This document shows, in pieces, positions 14,795-29,251 of a stretch of DNA of 64,000 nucleotides. The stretch lies in the NCBI RefSeq assembly GCF_009914755.1, contig NC_060925.1; one strand, given 5' to 3'. The position numbers and the translations under genes are program-made. Numbering within the stretch: position 1 is the stretch's first letter; each line of letters starts with the position of its first letter. The stretch comes from the human T2T-CHM13v2.0 reference genome, Homo sapiens. Below the pieces are notes generated by a model. It was not told where the DNA came from and ran no database searches. It saw only the letters and a program-made list of their open reading frames with translations.

Positions 14795-16170
14795 TACTAA
14801 AAGGTAATTATTATTTTTCATTCTGATAAGGGACACCTACGAAAACTCTACAGCAAACTATATGTTAATTATAAAATATTAAAATGTTTTTACCCAAGGA
14901 TCTGGAATAAAGGAAGGTGTTCCATTTTCACTATTTACATTTAGCATTGTAATGAAAATCTTAGCATTGCAAGAAAGCAAGAAAAATACCTTGTTCATAT
15001 TCACTTATATAGTTTTTTTGCTAGATTCCTTTTGATTTCTGAGATACACAGTCATATTGTCTGCAAATAATGACAGTTGTACTTCTCCTTTTTTTCTAAA
15101 TTCTGTGTAGCCAGGAATGCCATCGCAATACTGATTCATTGTAGTCATTACTGCACACACTTTGCAGTTTGCACTGATGGTCCCACTGATACTGAATACT
15201 GTCCTTAAAAATTTTTGGAAATGAGATGAACTTGCCACTACCTATTAGCTGAATTGCTAAATGGATTCCCCACCATCTCCTGTCTCTAACTTCCCCTTAC
15301 CTAACCTAATTTGCATACTACCTGAGTAACAAGAAAGGCCGTGTTGCTTACTACCTTAGTTGCAGAGGAGGCTTGGAAATGTGATTATATGGCATTTGCA
15401 GCAGCTTTAAGGTAATAGATGGAATGGAGTTTCTTGTTTGTCAGACAGATAGAATGACAGTTTCCATAGAAAGTAGAGGGAGTACTTTCTAAAGAGGTCA
15501 AAAGCTGTAAAAGAGATTATCTGAGGGATCTATTTACTATTTCCTAAGATTCTCCAGACTTGACACTTATATTAAACCACAGTATTGTGAAACTATTTAT
15601 TTAGACCACATTGTTTTATCTCCCTGTGTTTATAGAGCTATATCACGATTTTCTGTCTGTAATAGTCTCTCACCCTTCCACATTCTTTGCCTGGTAGAGA
15701 CTTTCAAGACCTTACTGAGGTTAATTTATATGCAATAAAATGTACCTATGTTGTATGTATAATATGTAATTAAATGTATACTTTGCATTTTAACAAATGT
15801 GTGATAAATTGTTAGAATATAAATTGATACTGTCTTTTCAGAAAATAATTCGGCTGTGTGAAGTAAATATTTAAAATTTAAAATACTCTGACCCAGCGAC
15901 CCACTTCTAGGAATCTATTATCTAAAAGTAACAGAGTAGATACACAAGGGTATACTCAAAAGGATGTTTAATTGCAGTACCGTTTGTAGTAGAAAATATT
16001 TGAAAAAGACCTGAATATTCATCCATAGGAGAGTGACTGAATAAATTGATATATCTGTTACCATAGGATAAAATTAAACTATAAACCTAAATTTGTATAT
16101 TTTAACGAGGAAAAATGTGCTTGATATATTCAGTGACTAAAGCAAGTTATAGACCAGTAGTTGGTTACAG

Positions 16171-16172
<2 letters not shown>

Positions 16173-16220
<48 letters not shown>
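16173..16220. repeat. (TG)n microsatellite, ~24 units
   Basis: Read directly from the sequence. Confidence 0.97.
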
Positions 16221-16222
<2 letters not shown>

Positions 16223-16259
16223 CCATTCAGTCAGCTAGTCATCACAGTATTTTGCCAAG

Positions 16260-16970
16260 AAATAATGGCACCTTGGACTAAGATGGTGTTGTAGAGATGA
16301 GAGATATAAATGATTTCAGGGTATTTTGGAGATAAATTTAAAAGGATTGGGTGATACGTGGAGGGGGGTATAAAACAGAAGGAATTGATTTTGTCTCTCA
16401 GGTTTCTGTTTTTGGTGCTAGATTGATGGTACGATAGTTATTAAATATCAAATGCTTAAAGAATACTAGATTAGAGGGGGAAGATCATGAGTTAATTTTA
16501 GGTATTTTGAGTTTGAGGATTTTTTTATATTTAAGCGAAAATAAGTAGTAGAGAGATGTAATGGGTCTGGTGTTCAATGGAGAAGTATTGACTGGAGATA
16601 TAAGTTTGGGAGTCAGTTGCTGGGTAGCTGATAATTGAAATCAAGCACATTGTGAAATTGTCCAGAGAGACAATTTAGGATAGGAAGAGAAAGGGGCCTA
16701 GAATTAAGCCCCAAGAAATACAACATCAAAGGCCAGATAGATGAGGATAAACCAAAGGAAGCAGGGAGATTATAGGATTATTGAACACAGAGGAAGCATG
16801 TATTTTAAGGAAGAACTCGTGAATAATAACAAAATGCTTTTGCTCACATGTGTGGTCAATCCTTAATAAGATCTGTTTCAGTGAAATGATGGCAGCAGAA
16901 GCCATGTTGGAATAGGTTGAGGAGTGAATAGAAAGGAGAGGATATGGATATAGTAAATTAGACAATTTTG
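16260..16970 (-). mobile_element. L2 fragment
   Basis: gactggagatataagtttgggagtc and gagtttgagg L2 motifs. Confidence 0.65.
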
Positions 16971-17199
16971 TAAAACTGGAAAAGTTACTTGTGTTATTAT
17001 GTCAGTAGCAGCCAAACATGGAATAAAAATCCAGCTACTTAATTGTATGTTATGTATAGAAAAAAAGGATGGAAATACATAAAAACATTAATGTATTTGG
17101 TTCAAGATAGAGGAACTGTTTATGATTTAAACTTTTTTATTTTTTCTATTTTTGAAACTAAGCAAATATTTTGTAATAGATAATAAAATATGGATTATT

Positions 17200-17490
17200 G
17201 GCCTTGCGCGGTGGCTCATGCCTGTAATCCCAGCACTTTGGGAGGCCGAGGCGGGCGGATCACCTGAGGCTGGGAGTTTGAGACCAGCCTGGCCAGCATG
17301 GTGAAACCCTCTCTCTACTAAAAATATAAAAATTAGCTAGGCGTGGTGGCAGATGCCTGTAATCCTGGCTACTCGGGAAGCTGAGGCAGGAGAATCACTT
17401 GAACCTGGGAGGTGGAGGTTGCAGTGAGCCTAGATCACGCTGTTGCACTCCAGCCTGGGCAACAGAGTGAGACTCCGTTTCAAAAAAAAA
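17200..17490 (+). mobile_element. AluS with 12-bp TSD ATATGGATTATT
   Basis: TSD copies at 17188-17199 and 17494-17505. Confidence 0.95.
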
Positions 17491-17509
17491 TGTATATGGA
17501 TTATTTATT

Positions 17510-18380
17510 TTTCAGAAGTCTAGTCAAGAGACAGAATCCATCTAGTTACTTGAACAGAGAAAATTTAATATAAAGATTAATTAGGTATAAAGTTGTTAAC
17601 TAGGTAAATGCTAGATTAAAAAGAATACTCTGTAGGAATCATAGAGGTGGCTCCTACAGGAAGCAAACAGGGTTGACATAATATGGGGAAGAGGTTTTAA
17701 TTAGTAAAACTTAGAAACCTTAAGAGGAAGGGGTATCCGAAGCTGAAACTCAGACCCCTGAAGAGAGTGGGCTAGCAGGTTATTGCTGGTGCTGATGTCT
17801 TTGGGGTGGGTGATAATGACTGATGTCTTTGAGGGTGATAAAACTGGTTCTACAAGTATTGGAAAAACTTCCAAATGGATCCAGCTGCTGCTATAGGAAG
17901 GGACTCCCCTTGCTGATGTGAAGGCTTAGAAAAGCAATCCAGCACTGGGGCCTGAGCATATCCCTGCACATTTGTGCTAGAAGTACCAGGAATGCAAGTC
18001 CCTGACTGCTCTTTATCCATATAATCACAATTGTGCTTGTAGGGATGAGGTAATGTCCACCCTGGATAAACAGGCTTACTTTCGCTTACTATAGAAGAGA
18101 TACCACAAGCTGAGTGTTCTCCTATAATGTAACCCACTGTGTGTACAGGCATTCATCATGGGCCCTGTGCATCATCCCAGTGTGATTGGGGTGGAGGTGG
18201 GGCATGTATAGTCCAATGCAAATGAACTTGAAGCTTTGGCTGCTACTTTTCTATAAATAATAAAGCCTTTTATCTCTGACCCAGTAGTCTTGTGTCTTCT
18301 GCCAACATTTATAAAACTGTGAAAGGCTGACTTATTAGCTTGCAAATATAATAAAATCTTAGATTTCATTATGAGTTTTA
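17510..18380. mobile_element. Old LTR fragments: MLT1-like (~17510-17915) and MER68-like ERVL LTR (~17916-18380, +)
   Basis: aataaagcc..tctctgacccag..gtcttctgcc..ttagcttgcaa..aaaatct is typical of the MER68 3' end. Confidence 0.55.
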
Positions 18381-18984
18381 AAATTATTATTTGCAGGTTC
18401 ATTTTAAGAGGGAAGTGTGTGTGAATGTGTTTCTGTCTCTTTGTGTTAACCCTCAGTTTTGCAGTGACCTTCACTTGGTCCTGAGGAACAGCCATCTAGC
18501 CTTTAAGGGTACTCGTGCTCTCTCAGTGATACTGAAAAATTTATCCAGAATGAAGTATAGAGAGTCAAAGAGGGAAAATAAGCAAAAGAGTTGAGAGATG
18601 AAAATAGATTGAGAGGTTTCAGAGAATATTTGGCAGAAGTCTCAGATGAGTTTAATGGAACAAATAATATGTGAAAAGATAAGAACAAAGAGGAAATATT
18701 AAAAGCTACCAAAGAGAAAGGGCTGATTACTTAAAAAAGAATGACAGCTGACAGTGGAGTTCTCAGTAGTAATTGAAGTCAGAAGATTTTAGAGTAGTAT
18801 CTTTAAACTGCTGAGATAAAATAGCTACCAACCCAGAATTTGAATCTGTCATTCAAGAGGGAAGGTACAAGATAAAAGACAAAGAGGTATACACATCAAT
18901 TAATAAAATATTTTTGAGGAATTTAAATATTAACTATAAAAATTAAGATTAGATAATGCAAGGTGTAGGAGTGTGTGTGCGTGT

Positions 18985-19180
18985 GTGTGTGTGGTCAAGA
19001 ACATGGACTCTAGAGCTGGATTGTCTAGGTTTAAATTCAGACTAACTGCTTAACTACCTGTATGACCTTGTGAAATACATTACTTATTCATTTTATATCA
19101 GTTTTTCTACTCTGTAAAATGGGGGCAAAATTAATACTTATCTCACTGGCTTGTTGTGAGGATTAAATGAGTTAATATGT
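18985..19180 (+). mobile_element. MIR
   Basis: MIR core: tgaccttg..cagtttt..tctgtaaaatgggg..ttgttgtgaggattaaatgag. Confidence 0.8.
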
Positions 19181-19509
19181 TTGTCATCATCATCACCATC
19201 ATTATCCCAACATTTTTGTAGAACATATTAAAAAGTCCTTAAAGCCCTTGTATATTAATATCACATATTAGGGGGCTAGAGTTGGTATGGAAATGGGAGG
19301 AGAAAATTTGTTTATTTTAAATCTCCACCTTTTGTCTTAATTTATTCAACACTTGTTGAGCATCTGCTATATGCTAGGCACTCTTCTAAGCATTGAAAAC
19401 AAATTTAAAACAAATTGTTGTACCCCTATGGCTTATGGTTTACTGTGGGGTAATAGGCAATAAATAAATAAGATAGATATGTGAGAGAGCATGTATGTAT
19501 ACACATATA

Positions 19510-20342
19510 CAGTCATGTACCACATAACTGTGTTTCAGTCAACAATGGATATGTTGATGGTTGCATGAAATTATAATGGAGCTGCAAAATTCTTATTTCC
19601 TAGTGATGTTTTAATGATCCTGACCCTGTGTAGGCCTAGGCCAATGTTTGTGTTTGTGTCTTAGTTTTTAACAAAAAAGTTTAAAAAGTAAAAAAAAAAT
19701 TTTAATAGAAAGTAGCTTATAGGATCAGGATATAAGGAAAGAAAATCTTTTTTGTACAGCTGTAAAATATATTTGTGTTTTTTAAGCTAAATGTTATTAT
19801 AAAAGAGTCAAAGAGTTAAAAAGAAAAGCCCTAAAACGTTTATATGGTAAGGTTACAGTAAGCCAAAGTTAATTAATTATTTTGAAGGATAATTGTAAAA
19901 AATAAATTAGTGTAGCCTAAGTGTACAGTGTTTAAATCTACAGTAATGTTCAGTAATGTCCTAGGCCTTCACATTCACTCACCACTCATCCTCTGACTCG
20001 CCAGAGAATTTTCAGTCCTGCAGGTTTCGTTCATGGTCAGTGCCCTGTACAGATATACCATTTTTAATCTTGTATTCTGTATTTTTACTGTACTTTTTCT
20101 ATGTTTAGGTAAACAAATACTTACCATTGTGTTAAAATTACCTACAACGTTCGATACAGTAACATGCTATATAGGTTTGTAGTATAGGAGTCATAGGCTG
20201 TACCATATAACCTAGATGTGTGGTAGGCCTTACCATCTAGGTTTGTGTAAGTATACCCTATGATGTTTGCACAATGACAAAATTGCCTAATGATGCATTT
20301 CTTAGCACTATCTCTGTCATTATACATGATGGAACATACACT
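19510..20342. mobile_element. Tigger3 (Golem) DNA transposon inserted into an L2 (L2 ~19340-19480 and ~20345-20795, minus)
   Basis: tacagtcatgtaccacataa... with cctaggcc and taatgatgcatttct Tigger3 motifs. Confidence 0.8.
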
Positions 20343-20845
20343 GTTAGCAGTAAGCACCAAGGAGAAAAATAAAGTGGGATGGGGCATAAAGGAGTTTAAA
20401 TTTCAAATAGGATGGTTAGGGAGTCCATGAAAAGGTAACATTTGTGTGAAGACCTGAAGGAGATTAGTGGGTGAGGATATTTTTTGTAAGAACATTTAAT
20501 AGGCATAGCAAATAAAAAGACAGTGAAACGAAAACATACCTGGCATCCTTAGAGAACAACAAAAGAGGCGAGTGGAGCTAATGTAGAGTGACTGAGGGAC
20601 AGAGTGAATGAAGGAGAGTGCATGAAGGAGGGGGTGAAGCCATAGAAGGTAATGGGGATACATCTTTGATATAGGTATATACCCTTATTAAGGACTGTGG
20701 CTTTTGCTCTGAGATAGGGAGCCATTTGAGGGTTCTAAACTGTTGACTTCTATTTAACACTCCCACATTGACTGCTAGATTGAGAATAGGCTGCAAAAAT
20801 ATTATCTTAGTAACTTAAGTACTCTAATAGAGAAAACAGGCATAA

Positions 20846-21269
<424 letters not shown>

Positions 21270-23464
21270 TGAAAAAGCCACTCATAAATTGCTGGTAGAA
21301 GTATAAATTAGTAAAGCATATATGGAGGGCAAATTGGTAGTAACTTACCAAAATTTCAAATGCTTATACTGATTGAGACAACAAATTCACTTCTGGAATT
21401 TATCTTAGATAGCCATATACTGTAGAAACAAATTAAATGTCCATTAATAGAGGACTGAGTAAATAAATTACAGTGTATCCATAAAAGAGGAAATTCTGCA
21501 GCCACCAAAGAGAATGAGCTGGTAGTCCTTTGTAGGCTGCTTTGGAAAGCTCCCCAAGGTACAAAACAATATGTTAAAGTAACAAGTTCAGAATGTGTGA
21601 TATTCTGTGTTAGAGAGAGACAAAGACTCTGAGTGTGTGTAAATTGCAACAGAATTTCTGTTTTTGTGAGGTTTGGGAATGAGGATTTTATGTGACATGA
21701 CCAGGAACCATGTATACCATGGGACTGATTTGGCACAAAATACAAAGAAGCTAACAGGTGGTTGCATTGTAAAAGGAATTGTGTGGCTGAGGGACAGAAC
21801 TGAAAAAGAGACTTAATTTTTTACTTTTGATACTTTTTGGATTTTGTATTATTTGCCTGCATTGCATACTGAAAACTAATTTGCAGTTGCCTACCAAAAT
21901 ATTTTTCTGAAAATAGGGAAGATAAGTCTAAAATATATTGTTAAAGAGTTTATATATTTATAAATTAAGATTTATATACTATGTAAGGGATTTTTTCTCA
22001 ATGACATTAGGGTGTTGTTTTCTTTTAGACCTGTCTACTATAACTGTTTATATGTTAATTGCTATTAATGATACAATATTTTTAGTTGAAAATTAGACAA
22101 TATATTATTGTTTTATTCTGGAAGTGAATTGAGCATGCTTTCTATTTAGAAAAAGTTCATAGGTCATTTTATCAGTTTTAATTTTATATGTAGAAAAGAT
22201 ATGATACAAAATGTGTGATTAACAAAGATATAGTATTAATATTAGTTTCTAGATAAGAAAGTTGATTTCTTTGTCTTTATGGTAAACAGAAGCAATACTG
22301 TTTGCTCTATAAGGTAACTTGTGTTTACTAACATGTAAATGTTAATAAAGAGAGAACTGATTTTACATTTGCTTTTCCTAATTAATGAGATGAATATGAG
22401 AACATTATTACAACTTTGACTTTAAATTATAATGTTTTTCTTTGGGGTTTTGATGTTAAAGTAGATATTGAAGGAAATGGTAAATTGTAGATGTGTGAAT
22501 ATATCTAATTAAAAGTTCTGCTAAGAAGCTTGTGCCTTGTTGAGGGAACTTTGGAACATCTTAATGAGGGACAGAGTGAATGAAGGAGAGTGCATGAAGG
22601 AGAGAGTAATGGGGATGCGTTACCTCTATGATATTTCCTTATCTACTTGTACATATTTCTCTCTAATATTTTCTATCCCCAGTAATGTTGGTATGCTTTG
22701 TTATAATATAATCTCAACTCAAAATTTTGATTCATTCCAGATCTTCAACTACTTATTATATTATTAGAAGAATCTAATAATATTTTTATCAAAAGTATTT
22801 GGCTGCAGTAAAAAGATGGAATTTTAAATAACTACTCAATTTGGAGACCATTTGAGAGGGGATAGACTTGATGCATATAAGAGAATGTGCTACTTTTCCT
22901 AATAGAACATTATGACCCAGTCACAGTTTGGAATCTGTAAGTCAGTGGTCTCTAAAGTTACGTACACACACTTACCTATTGGGATATACTAAGAAAATAG
23001 TAGAAATTTTTCTATATACATCTTGATAATACTACATGCTAAGAAAATAGTAGAAATTTTACTATCTATATGATTTTAAAAGTTTGGAAACCACTGATAT
23101 TTAGGCAATTATTTTTGGATACCAAAAAAGCAGCAATTGGAACTGACAAATGAAGCATTTATAACTCTCAAAGTAAACTTAGTATGTGAACTCAAATGTT
23201 TTCTTTCCTTTTCTATCATATGATTAAACCTTGATGGAAAATTTTGAGACATAACATATTCAGAGTAATTTAAGGGCATTTATGCAAATTGAGTTACCTC
23301 TTTCTTTTGTTTATATTTTGAACTAAACCTGTTTACCTTGGATGAAAAGTCCATAGCCTAATGTTTCTTCTTAAATTTTTTGCCAGATGAAAATAGACTA
23401 TCAACACCAAAACTATGTCCTTCCTTTTCAATTAATTGTTGTTTTAGGCCTTTTGCATGGTTAG

Positions 23465-23752
<288 letters not shown>

Positions 23753-25193
23753 TAACTCTATGTGGGTATTCTTATTCTGGAAGAATTATTTTGACCTTTT
23801 TAGTCTTAGAAATTTCTAATGAGTCACCCCCACATTTTTTTTAAAGACATATTGTTTTTCTCTCTATATATAATCTTTGTTTTCTTTTGTGTATATGCAT
23901 AAATGTGTTTCTTTAAAACATTTTCTGATTTTTAAAATAAGTCCTTTGAAACAGGTTAATTGTCTTAACTTGATTGCAGTTTTTACTACTCGTTTCTGTA
24001 AGTCTAGATTTCTCTTCCTCACCTGTATGGTATACAATATTTGTTTCTTTTATTTGCTTATTCATTTCCATTTAGTGCTAGAATAGAGTCAAAGTACATC
24101 CTCCCTCTTTTTCTTTTTATATACCACCTCCTGATCTTCTAAGTGAAAATAGAAAATAATATACCTAGAAATGAGGGCTTCCTATTGCTGAATGTCATAT
24201 TAAAGATAAAGAAAGACGTAATTTATGATGTTGACTGCGGGGTTTTTATTATAGCATCTACACTAGTGAAGTTCAAAGTGAACTCTTAAGCATCAATCTT
24301 TATAATCTGTTTTCTAATCGAAAACATTGGTTTTTTACTTAGAAATAGATGAAATGTTTTCTTTGGACAACTTTATAAATTATGTAGAGATATACAATTA
24401 ACATTTGAATAATGTCAACATATTTGAACTTGCATTTAAGTAATTTATGCTGACTGAAATTTGTTGTGTTCATTTTTTCTCCTAGTAAAATTTATTCATC
24501 ATAATGTTGGAATTTGGAAATTACCTAAAAATTTGATTGTTGTTCTCTTTGCACTCAGACCCTTTAGAATAAAAGTTAGGAACATTTATTTTTCTGGAGA
24601 TGTGAATCTATGACATTATTTTTAGAAACGACTCGACTTTAGTAAAATTTTTCTAATTGAAGAACTTTATTGAGTTTAGATTTACATTGAGATGTCAGCA
24701 GCATTTAATACTGAACATTAAATCTAACTTTACTATCTCTGATTTCATGCACTATGTATAGTGCAGATTACCTCTTTGGTGAGGAAAAAGCTGGCTGGAG
24801 TTCCAGAGCAAGCTCCATGGAAGGATATGGCCAAGTGATGTTGTGTATACGCTTGTTCTCGTTCCTTAGTTTTGTGACAGATTTTGTGATATTTCCTTCA
24901 GGATCATCGTCAGAATCAGACATTATTATGTACTTAGATAATAATTAAAACTTAATTCCGATAGGAAGACAGACTGGAGGCTCTTTTTTTGTCTACATAG
25001 AGGAAAAGAACTTGAAAATCAAGATTAAATTGCAGAACTTCTAATTTAAGATTGAGATTAAAGTAAAAAGGTTTCCAAGGACCATGTTGTGAGCTTTTTA
25101 TAAGATTAATTTTAATTTAATTTCTTTGGTATGTAAACAAATACATAATTTTACTTGAGTTTTTATATCATGAATGTAATTATTTACCTATTT

Positions 25194-25324
25194 AAAACTT
25201 TTTAAGTAAATTTTTTGCAGAGAAGGGATCTTATTTTGTTGCCTAGGCGGATCTCGAATTCCTAGGCTCAAGTGATCCTCCTACCTCAGTGCTGCGATTA
25301 TAGGTGTGAGCCACTGCACCTAGC
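25194..25324 (-). mobile_element. FLAM/Alu left monomer with TSD ATTATTTACCT(A/G)TTT
   Basis: TSD copies at 25179-25193 and 25325-25339. Confidence 0.8.
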
Positions 25325-26965
25325 ATTATTTACCTGTTTTTGAAAATTTTTTTTTTTTTGGCTGGGGTCTACGCATTTCCCACACATAGGCCTTCCCTTA
25401 GTCTTGATGACTGAAAGCCAACCCATCTTAATAATCTATCATATTTATCTTCTACAATATGATACAGCAGACAGAAACAAAAGCAGAGCTTTTTTTGTAA
25501 TGTTTATTTGGTTTATCACTTTAATGGCTTGCTTTTCTGCTTCTTATCTTTCTCACTCAATAATACTCCATGGAAATACGATTCCAGGTTACTCAATAAA
25601 GATCTAAATAAATCTTTGTGATGAATACCAAGTGAGAAATGGGATAGTTATACTATAATTTATTCATTAATTTTCATATCAGTGGTATTTGTTTCCATTA
25701 TTTTCCTACCACAAACATTGCAAAATAGCATCCTGTTATACATGTTCTTGTGTAGTAGGAATTTTATTTCTTGGAAAATGGTTCTCAAGAATACAATTGC
25801 TGGATTAAAAAGCATCTGCTTTTTTTTTTTTTTTAATCTGTGGGACAGATTTCTAGATGTAGCGTTCCTGGATCAAAGGGATATGTATTTTTAAATTTAA
25901 TAGATATTGCCAAAATGTGTTCCAGAAAGGCTGTAGTACATTTCCACCAACAATATGTGAGAGTCTCTAAATGTCTGCAGGTATAAATTCTTTTTAATTT
26001 TTGACACGATGGTTGCTATAAAATCTTCATTGTATTTTCTGACTAGTGAATTTTGAACATCCTTTTCATAAATTTATTGGGCATGTAGATTTGCTTTTTG
26101 GTGAATTGTCTATTCCTAAGTCTTGCTTGAGTTCTTTGTCTTTTTCTAATTAATTTATAAAGTGTTTTGTAGATTATATAATTAATTCTCCTCTCTCTAC
26201 TCTTCTGTTGGTCTGTTGTCTTTATAATAATATATGACTCATAAGTTTTAAGCTTATATATACAAATATATGTTTTATAACTTTTAGTTTACAGTCTTGG
26301 TTAAAAAATTGTCTCCATCTATATTTTTTACATTCTTCGAGATTTCCATAAAAGCTTTGAAATACTGCTTTTCTAAAAGAATTGAAGTATGGCATTAGTT
26401 GTGGAGTTTTCATCAGTTATATCAATTTCCTTTATCACATTGAGGAAATTTCCTTCTATTCCTATTTCACTGAGATGTTCTTGTTGTTGTTTTATCATGA
26501 ATGGATGTTAAATGTTGCCAGATACTTTTTTTCCATCTATGGAGATAATCATAAGGTTTTTCACCTTTATTCTTTTAATATGGTAAATTACTTGTAAGAT
26601 TTTCAAATGTTAAATCAACCTTGAATTCCTTAGATATTCCTTGGCCATAATGTATCCTTTTTATATTTTGCTGTATTTTATTTCCTAATACCCTTTGAAA
26701 TTATATGATGGATATTGGTAGGAATTTTATTTTTGGAATGCCTTTGTCAGATTTTGGTGTGAGTTACCTGGTCTTATTAAATGAGATATTATTAAATTAT
26801 TAAAATTTTTGTTTGCAGAAATAATTCGTGGAGTGCTGTAGTTACTTCTTTCTTAACTGTTTGATAGATAGACCTAAATGCAACTACCTGAGCCAGAAAT
26901 TTTCTTTGTTGGAAAGTTTTTAATAACAAATTAAAATTTGTGTGTGTGTGTTTGGAGGGGGCTGG

Positions 26966-27252
<287 letters not shown>

Positions 27253-27264
27253 AAATTTTCATAT

Positions 27265-27293
27265 TTGTGTGTGTGTGTGTGTGTGTGTGTGTC

Positions 27294-27332
<39 letters not shown>

Positions 27333-27410
27333 GTAAATTTATATGTATACATATAAAAGAAAATTTATATATAAATTTATATATATTTATATATGATATA
27401 TAAACATATA
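27265..27410. repeat. (TG)n(TA)n compound microsatellite and AT-rich tract
   Basis: Read directly from the sequence. Confidence 0.93.
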
Positions 27411-29251
27411 TCTTATATTCAGATTTTGTTTTATTTTGTGTCAGTTTTAGTTAATTTTAAAGAAATTTCTTCATTTCACTTAAATTAGAAAATTTGGTGT
27501 AAAGTCGTTCTTGTGTTACTTTGTTTTACCTTTCATCTTTGTAGATTCTATAGCAACAACCACTTTCATTCCTGATTCTAGTAATTTGTATTCTTTCTTT
27601 TCTCTTTACTAGTTTAATGAGGCATTTGTCAATTTTGTTAATCTTTTCAAAAAAGTACTTCTGTTTTTGTTAATTTTTACTTTTTTTTGGTTTTATTGAT
27701 TTCTGGTTTATTTTTATTATTTCCTTCTCTTTTCTTATTGGAGCTACTTTGCTCTTTTTCTGGCTCCTTACATTGGAACTGTAGGTTGTATCTTTCTACA
27801 CTGATCTTATATCTTTCTCTCTTTTCCCCCCATAAACTACTGTTTTTCTATAGAGCTATAAATTTCCCTCCAAGGACTGCTGTAGCTGCATTCCAGAAAT
27901 TTTGATTTTTTTTGTTATTATTCAGTTCAAAATAATTTCTCATTTCCTGTAGAATTTTTTCTTCAATGCATTAGTTTTTTATAATTGTGTGGTTCAATTG
28001 CCAAATTTTAGGACGTTTCTTAGATATCTTATTGTTTTGATTTCTAATTTAATTTCATTGTGATCATAAAAATTACAATTTGAATCCTTTCAAATTTATT
28101 ACAACTTGTTTATAGCTCCGCATATGGTCTTTCTTGGTAAATACACTTGATAAGGAAGTGTATTCTGCAGTTGTTGGGTATAACATTCTGTATATATCAG
28201 TTAGGTTAAGGTGGTTAATGGTGTTTAGATCATGTATATCTTTCCAGATTTTTTTTTGGTATAATTGTTTTATGCATTCCTGAAACGAAGTGTCAAAATA
28301 TCCCAAGTATGATTGTGGAATTGTCTCTTCTCTATTTCTGTCAATTTTTTGCTTCATGCATTTTGACGAAGCTTTACTCTTAAGTACTTACACGTTTATT
28401 ATATGCTTTCTGATTACTTGAGCCTTTTGTTATTCCACTGTGTCTTCATCTCTGGTAATGTTTTTGTCTTGAAGTTTATCAGATATTAATGTAGCTGCTC
28501 TACTTTATGCTTACTGTTTTCATGGTTTATCTCTTTTTTTCCATTTATTTTCAGCTTCACTGTATTGTTTTAACTATAGTTCTGCTTTTGGAGACAGCAT
28601 ATAGTTTGGATCATAATACAAATTTTGTTATTCAGTCTGACAATATTGACATTTTACATCATTTAGCAATAGATCTAAAAAATTATTCTGTATCAACACT
28701 TTATATATAATCTCATTATTTTTAAGAGCTTCATAATATAATGCTTATGAAAATGTTGTGACTTAAAATTAATTCTGTATTAGTGAACTATTAGATTATT
28801 TCTAGATTTTAATATTATCAAAAAATATTGGAAGAAGTATCCTGCATATGTTGGGAATGGTGTGTGTGTGTATGTGTACATAGACATGTGTTGGTATGAC
28901 TTTAGTAGAAATAGTGGATCAAAGAATTAAATACATTTTTTCTGTTGATAGGTACTGTCTTCTAGAGAGGATATGCCAGTTGACATTTCCTTAATAAGTG
29001 TGTGAGAATGGCTCTTATCGAACCTTTTGAAAATATGGTTTACTTTTATTTATCAGATAGATAAATATAAAATCTTGTTCCAATGTTTATTAATTTTTGA
29101 GTGAGATTGAATTTATTTTATTCAGTAGATAGCCTTTTTATGTCCTTTGTTTGTTTTTTATTGGCTATTTTTTAAAAAATCAGTCCTTAAGGTATTTTTG
29201 TGTATTAGCTAGATTAGTACTTTGTCATATAAATTGCACATTTTTTTGCTA

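Noticed and set aside
22989-23060. Short direct repeats (22 bp here; also 51043-51085, 59926-59945, 60608-60653, 33754-33810)
   Set aside because: Ordinary slippage duplications inside repeats, with no sign of function.
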